A program made the translations under genes and the position numbers. The notes beneath the pieces are model-generated. The model saw only the letters and a program-made list of their open reading frames with translations. It was not told where the DNA came from and ran no database searches. A stretch of 50,489 nt of DNA from a virus (taxonomy: Duplodnaviria; Caudoviricetes), in the IMG/VR virus record IMGVR_UViG_3300036781_000222, positions 1 to 50,489 of that record. One strand, given 5' to 3'. This document shows positions 43,209 through 50,489 of the stretch, in pieces (positions within the stretch are counted from its first letter, which is position 1; each line of letters begins with the position of its first letter).

Positions 43209-44730
43209 TCGCGATCCGCTTTGGCGCCGGCAGCTCGCGCGCCATCTCGACCGCCGTGTCGATATCGCGGGGTGCTGGTAACTGACCGCCACGCCGCGCC
43301 CACCAGGCGCTAGCCTTCTCCCTGGCGCGGCCGGTATGAGCGAGACAGATCCATTCATTGAACTGCTTCAGGCCGCTCTGGTAGCACGCGCGGAGCGATG
43401 GCGTGTCCTTCTCGTGCTTGACGTAGGTCACGGCTGTGACAGGATGCCAGACGGGCTGCGCGGCCTGGTCAGAAAGCAGCGCCGCCTCGCTGGCCTCGCG
43501 CTCGAACTTCGGTTCCGGCTCGGGAAATTCAAAGCCGCAAGAGGGGCACAGGCGAACACCGGCAAAGCAGGTATCGTCGCACTCGGGGCAGATCTTGACC
43601 GGCGCGTCTCCGCCCTTCTCGCCCTTGCGCTTGGCACGGATCTGGTCCAGTGGGCCGAAGCGATCGCTGTTGCGGGCGAAGTCTAAAACGAGCGCGTCCT
43701 TTTTCCCAGGCGCCAGCCGCATGCCGCGACCGAGCATCTGCACCCACAGGCCAGCGGACTGCGTGTGACGCAGGCAAGCGATCAGGTCGAGGGCGGGGTA
43801 ATTGAATCCTGTGGTGAGGATCCCAACGTTACAGACGGCGCGGATCTGCCCGGCCTTGAACTGATTGATGATCGTATCCCGCTCGCCGCTGGCAGTCTGG
43901 TCGCTGATTGCCGCCGCAGTGACCCCACGCGCCCGCAGCGCCTCGGTGACGTGACCGGCATGCTTTACGCCGGCACAGAACACCAGCCACGACCGCCGAT
44001 CAGATCCATACTCGCAAATCTCCCGCACGGCCGATTGCGTCAATTCGTCAACATCGACTGACCTTTCGAGTTCTCCCGGCACATACTCGCCGCCGCGCTT
44101 ATGGACGCTGGAGATGTCATAGGTGGTTGCCATCCACTTCGGCACAACGGGCGCCAGATAGCCTTCCTGTACGGCCTGGAGCAAACCGTACTCATAGACG
44201 ATATCGTCAAAGAGAGCTTCCTCGCCATCGATCAAGGCGCCGCTGTCCAAGCGAAAAGCCGTGGCCGTGAATCCGATCACTTTCAAATAGGGATTGGTCA
44301 CGCGTAGATCCTTGATGAACTGGCCCCACCTGGATTGCCCGTCGCGACTGATGGTGTGGGCCTCGTCAACGACAAGAAGATCAACGCGGCCGAACTCAAA
44401 GGCGCGTTTATAGATCGACTGGATGCCGGCGAAGATGACCGGATGAGATAGATCGCGGCGCTTTAGGCCGGCGCTATAGATGCCGGCATCGATCCCGGTG
44501 TCACAGCCCAGGAATTCCTGGTAATTCTGAAAAACCAGCTCACGGACATGGGTGGCATTAATGATGCGCGTGCCGGGATAAGTGGTGATCGCCTCCTTGA
44601 TGAACGTGGCGATTGTCAGCGCCTTGCCGCAGCCGGTGGGCAGCACGATCAAGGGGTTTCCGGAGCGCGCATTGAAATACGTCTCCAGGGCGCGCAAGGA
44701 TTGCCTCTGGTACCGCCTTAACTCAAGCAC
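43159..44730 (-). CDS. SF2 DEAH helicase with C-terminal Zn ribbon (RadD/YejH-like)
   Basis: LRRYQ, PTGCGK, VDEAH, TAT, LTTGFN.P, QMLGRGMR, CPEC/CPSC; GTG start with GGAGG SD. Confidence 0.93.
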   Translation of the reverse strand: MLELRRYQRQSLRALETYFNARSGNPLIVLPTGCGKALTIATFIKEAITTYPGTRIINATHVRELVFQNYQEFLGCDTGIDAGIYSAGLKRRDLSHPVIFAGIQSIYKRAFEFGRVDLLVVDEAHTISRDGQSRWGQFIKDLRVTNPYLKVIGFTATAFRLDSGALIDGEEALFDDIVYEYGLLQAVQEGYLAPVVPKWMATTYDISSVHKRGGEYVPGELERSVDVDELTQSAVREICEYGSDRRSWLVFCAGVKHAGHVTEALRARGVTAAAISDQTASGERDTIINQFKAGQIRAVCNVGILTTGFNYPALDLIACLRHTQSAGLWVQMLGRGMRLAPGKKDALVLDFARNSDRFGPLDQIRAKRKGEKGGDAPVKICPECDDTCFAGVRLCPSCGFEFPEPEPKFEREASEAALLSDQAAQPVWHPVTAVTYVKHEKDTPSLRACYQSGLKQFNEWICLAHTGRAREKASAWWARRGGQLPAPRDIDTAVEMARELPAPKRIAIKKNGKYSEVVAYDFG

Positions 44731-45679
44731 TCTTAACCTCCGCATCCGTCCATTCATCGCCCGTTGCCAGGCGATACAGCACCCAATCCTCGCCAGCATC
44801 GACCTGCTCACCAGGAACGAGCATGGGGAGATAGAGATGCGTGGGACAGCCCTGCCGCTGTTCCTCGGTGCTGAGATGGCGACCCCAGCGCTGGCACAGC
44901 CATGTGCCGTCCTGCATCGGTGTCGAGTGCAGGCAGGTGCGGCAGTTGCGCGCTGACCACTCGCCACCGTGGCATTGCTCCTGGAACGCGCACCAGCGGC
45001 ATTCGTAATAGGTGGGACCTCCGATCCGCTCCAACGGCTCCTGGCTCTCCACGACACGCTCGGCGCGGATCAGGAAACGCGCCGCTTCGATCGGGTCAGA
45101 TTCGGTGCGGACCGTGACCGGGCGACCGCGACCGCCAGGAGCGCTGGCGACGAGGTAATGGCGTTCCATGCCGGTCAGCCACATATAGACCAGGGCCTGC
45201 GCCCAGTAGACACGATTCCAGGCCCGCAGGGCCTGCTTCTCGCCATGCAGTTCGATCGCCTTGGACAGCTTCTGTAGCTGTTCCTCGCCAACGCATTTGG
45301 CCTCGAATACGTGCCACGTCGCGGGCGCTTGCAGGAGACCCAGCACGCCGCCGTCCAGGTGACCCTTGATATGCGGATTAGCACCGATCACTTCCCACTG
45401 CTGGCCATTTGGCTGCAACGTGGTGAGCTGGATGCCAGGGACGGCGCGGAGACGTGCGGCCAGCAGGTCCTCGGTTCGGTGCCCGTCCTCGAAGCGCTTG
45501 AGCGTCAGGGCGTCGAAAGTCTCCTGGGCGACCCAGCGGAAGCGATACCACATTTTGCGGGCGCAACTCTCGCCGATCTGAGAGATGCCGAGATAGGGGC
45601 GTGGCTTCTCGCGGTGCGCCTCCATGGCGCGGTCGGCTGCATCTTGGGTAGGGTCAGTAGGTAGGGGGATGGGGGGCAT
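44723..45679 (-). CDS. Cas4-like PD-(D/E)XK exonuclease
   Basis: RPYLG.SQIG..C.R..WY, GH..E, GHLDG, EAK, Q..VYM, ECRWC.F...C, NCRTC.H. Confidence 0.88.
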   Translation of the reverse strand: MPPIPLPTDPTQDAADRAMEAHREKPRPYLGISQIGESCARKMWYRFRWVAQETFDALTLKRFEDGHRTEDLLAARLRAVPGIQLTTLQPNGQQWEVIGANPHIKGHLDGGVLGLLQAPATWHVFEAKCVGEEQLQKLSKAIELHGEKQALRAWNRVYWAQALVYMWLTGMERHYLVASAPGGRGRPVTVRTESDPIEAARFLIRAERVVESQEPLERIGGPTYYECRWCAFQEQCHGGEWSARNCRTCLHSTPMQDGTWLCQRWGRHLSTEEQRQGCPTHLYLPMLVPGEQVDAGEDWVLYRLATGDEWTDAEVKSA

Positions 45680-45691
45680 ATTGCCTCGGGA

Positions 45692-45715
45692 AAATTAGGG
45701 CGGCCGAAGCCGCCC
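45692..45715 (-). terminator. Intrinsic terminator/stabilising hairpin after the SSB gene
   Basis: GGGCGGC-TTCG-GCCGCCC-TAATTTT. Confidence 0.7.
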
Positions 45716-45722
45716 GCTGCGT

Positions 45723-46229
45723 TTACTTCTGCCACGGCGCCTTTTTGGCTGCGGTTGCCGGCACCGATTGCTGGTTCTGATTACCCGCGACGGCGACCCC
45801 CGCCCCGCTCGCCGGACTGTACTTCTTGACCTCGTTCTGCGGGTTGCCCTGCACCGTCTGGCCATCCTTGGTATAGGGCTTTCCGGGCTTAACAATGACA
45901 TCGGCCAGCATGTTGATCCCGTGCAGCTCTTCGCTGTCGGCGACCTGCACCTTGCCACAGGCGCGAATGATCTCGCCGAGCGTGCGATAGGCGATATCGA
46001 CCGTCTGCTGATTCTGGTTGACGATGTTCAGGCGCTCGAAGATCTTGCGGCCGACATGCTCGCCGTCGAGAATATCCATCTCCAGCGCGAGATATTCGCC
46101 ATCTCCCTTGCTGGTCTTCTTCATTTCGCTGCCGATGATCGTCACACGATATGAGCCGGACGGCACTGGACTGAAATCATTGCGCTCTGCAATTTCGTTC
46201 GCATTAATGGTTTGACCAAGATAGGCCAT
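45723..46229 (-). CDS. DUF669-family single-stranded DNA-binding protein
   Basis: F.PVP.G.Y...I..SE.K.T..G.G.YL.LE..ILDGE..GRKIF.RLNI.N; ends APWQK. Confidence 0.85.
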   Translation of the reverse strand: MAYLGQTINANEIAERNDFSPVPSGSYRVTIIGSEMKKTSKGDGEYLALEMDILDGEHVGRKIFERLNIVNQNQQTVDIAYRTLGEIIRACGKVQVADSEELHGINMLADVIVKPGKPYTKDGQTVQGNPQNEVKKYSPASGAGVAVAGNQNQQSVPATAAKKAPWQK

Positions 46230-46232
46230 TGG

Positions 46233-47003
46233 TTAGCTCTCCTGCTTGAAGTAAGGCACGTGTTCGGCAATGACGCCCCAGGTCGCCCCATCCCTGGTAA
46301 ACGGAATCTCTGGCGGAAGGCTGTAACGGTTCTTCGCCAGATAGGCCGGCCTCTCTTCGGTGAAGAGAAACCTATCCCCGCTCCCCACAGCGCGGGTGAT
46401 CTTCTTGTTGAACCCGGCATCAGTCTTTGTGATGCCGATCCGGTAGTTGACGAAAGCGACGATATCGCTGTGCTCCTGCAGCTTGGCGCTCGCCGTCTTG
46501 TGGAGCTTGATCTCATAGCGGTCATATGGATCAGTCAGCGGGTTTTGAAACCGCTTGATCTCGGAATGCGCGATCTGAATGATCGTCATGTGTTTTTCGT
46601 CGCGCAGGTAGTTAAGGGCGCTCAGATAATCGCGCCAGAGGTCCTGGGCGTAGATATGGGCCTTGCCGTAAGGGATATCCTCGTGGTTCTTCACGCCATG
46701 CTGCTTGCAGACTTCTGCCATGATAAGTGGCTCTAGCCAATCAAGGCTGTCGATCACGACGGTATGGTAATCGTGCGCCTCGGTCGCTAGTGAGGTAAGC
46801 GCCTCCATGACATCGCTGTACGTTTCAGCGAGCGGGAAGGCATGCGGCGTCAGCGTCCCCAGGCCATCCTCTGTCAGAATGAACACTGGACTGTCGGCAT
46901 CCGCTGCAAAGCTGGACTTCCCCAACCCCTGCGGCCCGTGGATGAGAATGCGCGGCGGCTTGGTATCGCCGCCCTTGCGCAGTGAAGCTAAAGAGATAGC
47001 CAT
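46233..47003 (-). CDS. Sak4-like AAA_24 ATPase (recombination/annealing protein)
   Basis: PPRILIHGPQGLGKSSFA, TEDG, TVVIDSLDWLE, IAHS, AKNRY.LP. Confidence 0.9.
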   Translation of the reverse strand: MAISLASLRKGGDTKPPRILIHGPQGLGKSSFAADADSPVFILTEDGLGTLTPHAFPLAETYSDVMEALTSLATEAHDYHTVVIDSLDWLEPLIMAEVCKQHGVKNHEDIPYGKAHIYAQDLWRDYLSALNYLRDEKHMTIIQIAHSEIKRFQNPLTDPYDRYEIKLHKTASAKLQEHSDIVAFVNYRIGITKTDAGFNKKITRAVGSGDRFLFTEERPAYLAKNRYSLPPEIPFTRDGATWGVIAEHVPYFKQES

Positions 47004-47029
47004 TGGTGGTTCCTTGCTGTGGTGGACGC

Positions 47030-47467
47030 TTACCGTGCGCCAGATTCAGTTACCGTAATCTTAACGCCATCAGGAGAAACAGTCCGCGCCGGATCGAACC
47101 AGCCGCGCACATTATCGCCCCATGTCTTGTAGATCCGCTCGTCAATCTTGTATGCAACTTCGCGGTTAATAAAGTCGGTTGGCGTGCCGCCGTCCTTCTC
47201 GATCCGGGCATAGAGCGCAGCCAGGATATCCTGGTCCCATTCGACCTTTTTCTTGGCCTCGATTTTGATTTGGAAAGCGCCGTCCTGGATATTGACCGTG
47301 CCGAATGGCAGATCGCGTCGCGCAAGCTCGACCCCAGCCCGCTCTTCGTAGCGCCGGCTAAGCTCCGCTTCTAATTTCTTTTTGGTGGACTTGGCCGCCT
47401 TCTCGGTAGTTTCCGCAACTTTGATTGCGTCGGCGATCTGCTCGATAGTCATTTCGCTATGTTGCAC
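47030..47467 (-). CDS. Conserved replication-module hypothetical protein
   Basis: AAGGAG SD, GTG start; GTV....G...K....KKVEWDQ..L...Y...F.PARTV. Confidence 0.78.
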   Translation of the reverse strand: MQHSEMTIEQIADAIKVAETTEKAAKSTKKKLEAELSRRYEERAGVELARRDLPFGTVNIQDGAFQIKIEAKKKVEWDQDILAALYARIEKDGGTPTDFINREVAYKIDERIYKTWGDNVRGWFDPARTVSPDGVKITVTESGAR

Positions 47468-47503
47468 GGTTGCACTCCTTTTGAATTGCGTTATGCTGCA
47501 CTA

Positions 47504-47517
47504 TTAGCTATAGCTAA
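47504..47517. promoter_or_regulatory. Perfect 14-bp palindrome in a divergent intergenic region (operator candidate)
   Basis: TTAGCTATAGCTAA. Confidence 0.5.
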
Positions 47518-47534
47518 CTACAGGAGATATAGGC

Positions 47535-47723
47535 ATGCAAGTAAAAAATGAAATGAGCCGCGAAGAATTTTTGCGAGCCGTCGAAGCGGGGCTGAAAAGG
47601 AACAAGATAAGCGCTGCCAGGTGGGGCTTACTCTATATGGGCGACCCAACATTTGTGAGCCGCTTGCGCGCCGGCCGCACACCACGCAAGGAGACAATGC
47701 GTCGTGCCTTGCGCCATCTGTAA
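47535..47723 (+). CDS. Small Cro-like HTH regulator
   Basis: AGGAG SD; FL..VE........A..G....GDP.FV.RLR.GR.P...T..R. Confidence 0.78.
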   Translation: MQVKNEMSREEFLRAVEAGLKRNKISAARWGLLYMGDPTFVSRLRAGRTPRKETMRRALRHL

Positions 47724-48015
47724 AAGACATGCTGTGGGATTTGGCTACCTGGGCGCTCCGGTGCGATTCTGCAACCGCGCTCATCAGGATATTTATGTCG
47801 CCAGAAGGAGGGCGCTAAGAATGGTCGATATCGATGCGAAAGAGAACGCTGCACTGGATGCGGCAAGCGCGCTGGCCGGTGAGTATTTGGAGAGCTTGTC
47901 GGCGACCGATCTGAGGGCCTTCACTGCAGAGCAATGGCGCCAGCTTCTGCAGGTGATCATCGGTGGCTATACGGAAGAGCTGGCGCGGATCGAGGCGAAT
48001 GAGTGCCCGTTTTAG
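47704..48015 (+). CDS. DUF6511-like protein with N-terminal Cys/His motif
   Basis: CAIC.R...GFG......FC...HQ; E.AA...A....GEYLES...TDL..F..EQW..L; ends CPF. Confidence 0.72.
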   Translation: MPCAICKRHAVGFGYLGAPVRFCNRAHQDIYVARRRALRMVDIDAKENAALDAASALAGEYLESLSATDLRAFTAEQWRQLLQVIIGGYTEELARIEANECPF

Positions 48016-48147
48016 CGGGCGCGTGTCATCTTGACGTTTCAATGGCCACCCATATCCATGGTGCCATTGCTGCGATGAGAGTAATCGCTGCTAGTACCAC
48101 GACCCACCAAGCTGATGGATCAGGTACTCCGCGCAACGGTAAGCCGC

Positions 48148-48552
48148 TTACTTAGCAAACTCCAAGATTGCGACTACAAGCTCTTTGCGCGCCTTGTAGT
48201 AGTCCGACGTACCGTGGTGGATAGCTAGGTTGTCGATAGCGTTGTAAACGTCATGGCTGATTATCGTTGGCGCAACGCGCTGCTCAACGACGTAAGCCGG
48301 GTTAGCATTGAGCGTTGTTATATGCGCTTCCAGCATCGCGATATATTGGCGATGCAGCGACGCCAGAGAAGAGATTGACGTGTTCCGTTTGTCACCGCTG
48401 TTGATGTGCGCCGCTAGGTTGCGATCTATGTAGGTTGATATTGCCCGTTCAAGCGCTCCGCGCGCGCCGCCTGGTAAGTGCATGTTGGCGTTGAAAGTTT
48501 CCATCGCTGCATCGATCGCATAATTGTAACGGGCGTTAGCGTCGGTCATCAT
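48148..48552 (-). CDS. Hypothetical protein
   Basis: AGGAAGGA SD; 134 aa; lower GC. Confidence 0.6.
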   Translation of the reverse strand: MMTDANARYNYAIDAAMETFNANMHLPGGARGALERAISTYIDRNLAAHINSGDKRNTSISSLASLHRQYIAMLEAHITTLNANPAYVVEQRVAPTIISHDVYNAIDNLAIHHGTSDYYKARKELVVAILEFAK

Positions 48553-48616
48553 CTTTCCTTCCTAGAAATCGGGACATATCGTCTCGTCTTGCATTATAAA
48601 GTTGCGGCCGCAATGT

Positions 48617-48955
48617 CTACTGACACACCGCGTCAGGTGTCCCTGGCTCGCTGCACACCATGCCCGTATCCAACAGGATCAGCGTGCCGGTCTCGACGCG
48701 ATAGAAAGCTGGATGGTCTTTATCTTCAGCGCTGGACTTGAACCGGCCGATATAGCCCATACCAACCTTATCGCCATAGAACACCGAATATCCCTTGACG
48801 CCTTGGATGATGAATCCACGCTTGCCGGATTGATAGTCATTGAACGTGATCGACGTATTGCTGACCTTGCCGGTGCCCGTGATGGTCCAGTCATCGGCCA
48901 GGGCCGGAATGGGTGTCAGCGCCAGGATGGCGGATAGGGTGAGAATGTGTTTCAT
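48617..48955 (-). CDS. Exported protein with Sec signal peptide
   Basis: MKHILTLSAILALTPIPALA-DD (AxA cleavage site); two C-terminal Cys. Confidence 0.7.
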   Translation of the reverse strand: MKHILTLSAILALTPIPALADDWTITGTGKVSNTSITFNDYQSGKRGFIIQGVKGYSVFYGDKVGMGYIGRFKSSAEDKDHPAFYRVETGTLILLDTGMVCSEPGTPDAVCQ

Positions 48956-48984
48956 GGTGCGGGGTCCTTTGAGTGATAGCTGGA

Positions 48985-49260
48985 TCATGCATAATCTTGC
49001 GGGTTGATACGGCGATAAACTGATGGAATGAACCGTACTTCACACCACGGATAGTTCTTTGCCATCATCTCACTGACGGTCTTATTGACATTGCATTGGG
49101 GAAACTGCCCCTGCCCCCTGCGCGGCTCATAGAACATGATTCCGCGATTGGGACATACGCACCACCATCGGTCTTTAAAGTGTTCAATCAAACCGCCCGG
49201 CGCTGTTGTAGCGACATCGAACGGCACAAATATGAAATCAGATTCCTTGACTTCCGCCAT
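48985..49260 (-). CDS. Hypothetical protein
   Basis: Coupled start; WW......FY......PQCN.N. Confidence 0.65.
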   Translation of the reverse strand: MAEVKESDFIFVPFDVATTAPGGLIEHFKDRWWCVCPNRGIMFYEPRRGQGQFPQCNVNKTVSEMMAKNYPWCEVRFIPSVYRRINPQDYA

Positions 49261-49559
49261 CACCCCAGCCTCACTGCGTAGATCGCCATCGGCCGCGCGG
49301 CTCTCGGCTCATCCTCGAACCACATGCCCGTGGGCCATGGCTCTTTCTCAAGTGGCAGCTTGTCGTCATGCGGCGCTTGCTCCTGCTTACCCTCATTCAC
49401 CAGCAGCCCATGATTGACCGCATGCCGACGCTGGTTCCTGACCTGCTTCAATGACATGCCGGTCGCCGAGGCGATTTCCTTGTAGCTATGGCCGGCTTTG
49501 ATCATGGCGGCGACCTGCTGATATTTGAAGGTGATCGTCAGGTTGTGGTAGCTATTCAT
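49260..49559 (-). CDS. HTH protein (GcrA/sigma region 4-like N-terminus)
   Basis: MIKAGHSYKEIASATGMSLKQVRN. Confidence 0.65.
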   Translation of the reverse strand: MNSYHNLTITFKYQQVAAMIKAGHSYKEIASATGMSLKQVRNQRRHAVNHGLLVNEGKQEQAPHDDKLPLEKEPWPTGMWFEDEPRAARPMAIYAVRLG

Positions 49560-49836
49560 TATCATTCCTTTCCACCTTCGCGCATGCCATGCACTGCTCC
49601 AGCACCCGAGACGACCAACGCCACTCACTAACGCCGCAAATCCTGCAAGGATCGTGCTTGTATAGCTTCAGACCCGTAGCGACATCCGTGATATACGGCG
49701 CTTCGCTGGCGTCATCCCGCATCAGGACGCCATAGTTCGGCCGGGTGGCCTGGGCGCGCAGACGATGGCCGGCGAGCGCGTCATTGTAGCAGCCGAGGGA
49801 GTTAACCTCTGGCTTGTAGTCGGATAAGTCCTGCAT
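49552..49836 (-). CDS. Hypothetical protein with Zn ribbon
   Basis: GGGGGA SD; CRICG...CMAC. Confidence 0.65.
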   Translation of the reverse strand: MQDLSDYKPEVNSLGCYNDALAGHRLRAQATRPNYGVLMRDDASEAPYITDVATGLKLYKHDPCRICGVSEWRWSSRVLEQCMACAKVERNDNE

Positions 49837-49857
49837 CTGTGCGATCCCCCAAAGATC

Positions 49858-49876
49858 ATGGTTAACGAAATATTAC
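49858..49876 (-). promoter_or_regulatory. CtrA-box-like site
   Basis: GTAA-N7-TTAACCAT on the minus strand upstream of the 49836 gene. Confidence 0.5.
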
Positions 49877-50088
49877 TCCGCGTGATGTCGCGCCGCCCAG
49901 ATTGCCATAGCCTCAAGCGTAATCCCAGATAAGCGTTTCTTGCGTGCCAGGCGCACAGTCGCCAGCCAATGTTCGCAAGGTATGCGGTTCCGTCTTAACC
50001 AACGGTAAACGCCTACCGGCTCAATACCCGTCGCATTGGCTAACGCATCAATGCCGATCTGGGTTACAATGTCTGAGTGGCTAATCAT
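49873..50088 (-). CDS. Cro-like HTH regulator
   Basis: MISHSDIV..IG..ALA.ATGI....VY.W.RRNRIP.EHW. Confidence 0.82.
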   Translation of the reverse strand: MISHSDIVTQIGIDALANATGIEPVGVYRWLRRNRIPCEHWLATVRLARKKRLSGITLEAMAIWAARHHAE

Positions 50089-50089
50089 C

Positions 50090-50171
50090 TGACCAAGATA
50101 GTCACGCAAGAAAAGTTTGGCAAGGTCAAAATAATCTCTTGACCAATCTGGTCGAATGACTAAATTGGTCA
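50090..50171. promoter_or_regulatory. Divergent promoters with three TGAC-N7-GTC(A/G) operators
   Basis: TGACCAAGATAGTCA 50090, TGACCAATCTGGTCG 50140, TGACTAAATTGGTCA 50157; leftward TTGCCA-17-TATCTT; rightward TTGACC-16-TAAATT. Confidence 0.72.
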
Positions 50172-50226
50172 TTATGAAATGAATGACCGGCGCGGTGCCG
50201 GTTGGAATCAGGAGAGATAGACACAC

Positions 50227-50489
50227 ATGCTTTTCAAAATTCCCTTCCTCTCATGGACCGGCAAAGCGGCGCTGGAAATTGAAATTCCAGATGGCACGGA
50301 AAGCCGCTTTTACATGCGAGCCGCGCTGACGATCGCCGTCAAAAAGCGCGCGGACCTGAGTGGCGCGGACCTGAGAAGCGCGGACCTGAGTGACGCGGAC
50401 CTGAGTGGCGCGGTCCTGAGAAGCGCGGTCCTGAGCGGCGCGGACCTGAGCGGCGCGGACCTGCCAGTCTTTACGATCTGTCCTGAGGT
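50227..50489 (+). CDS. Pentapeptide-repeat/DUF5758-like protein, 5' part (joins 151-451)
   Basis: AGGAG SD; MLFKIPFLSW...AVKKRADLSGADLRSADL... Confidence 0.88.
   Translation, partial: MLFKIPFLSWTGKAALEIEIPDGTESRFYMRAALTIAVKKRADLSGADLRSADLSDADLSGAVLRSAVLSGADLSGADLPVFTICPE
50364..50489 (+). repeat. Terminal direct repeat, identical to 25-150
   Basis: Direct comparison. Confidence 0.93.

Noticed and set aside
44731-45057. N-terminal extension of the helicase given in the ORF track
   Set aside because: It overlaps the exonuclease gene; a GTG with a GGAGG SD at 44730 directly precedes the LRRYQ motif
44723-45679. Cas4 as part of a CRISPR-Cas locus
   Set aside because: No array or other cas genes; the Sak4/SSB/helicase context marks a phage recombination exonuclease
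48026-48136. Possible 36-aa hydrophobic ORF on the minus strand
   Set aside because: TTG start without a clear SD; too weak to list
1-50489. Stop-codon reassignment
   Set aside because: Core genes are full length under the standard code, with TAA, TGA and TAG all used as stops

Overview
Apparently complete, circularly assembled ~50.3 kb genome of a tailed phage with a podovirus-type (BPP-1/epsilon15/T7-like) virion module. The host is probably an alphaproteobacterium, inferred from gene content and CtrA/PhaR-like motifs. The ends overlap by 126 identical nt inside a pentapeptide-repeat gene. Layout: (i) 50227-6857 (+), an early operon of about 26 small translationally coupled genes ending in a tRNA-like structured RNA and a terminator; (ii) 7163-7959 (+), a hypothetical gene and an HNH endonuclease; (iii) 39518-8135 (-), a late operon: terS, a 5-kb block of fibre/virion genes, terL, three paralogous small genes, portal, scaffold, capsid, tail tubular A/B, ejection proteins, tail fibre and an expanded lysis cassette, with an antisense HNH inserted; (iv) 39740-40080, a candidate iteron origin; (v) 40174-48015, a replication/recombination module (Prim-Pol/PriCT/DUF3987-like, VRR-NUC, SF2 helicase, Cas4-like exonuclease, DUF669 SSB, Sak4-like ATPase); (vi) 48148-50088 (-), a Cro-led operon. 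I recognised no integrase, CI repressor, DNA/RNA polymerase, reverse transcriptase or CRISPR array. The best novelty candidates are the non-canonical tRNA-like RNA, host cell-cycle and carbon-storage regulator boxes, an antisense HNH whose reverse strand is an operon-bridging ORF, a beta-propeller inserted in the tail nozzle, and a switch-like primase leader. All family assignments come from motif recognition by eye; no searches were run.
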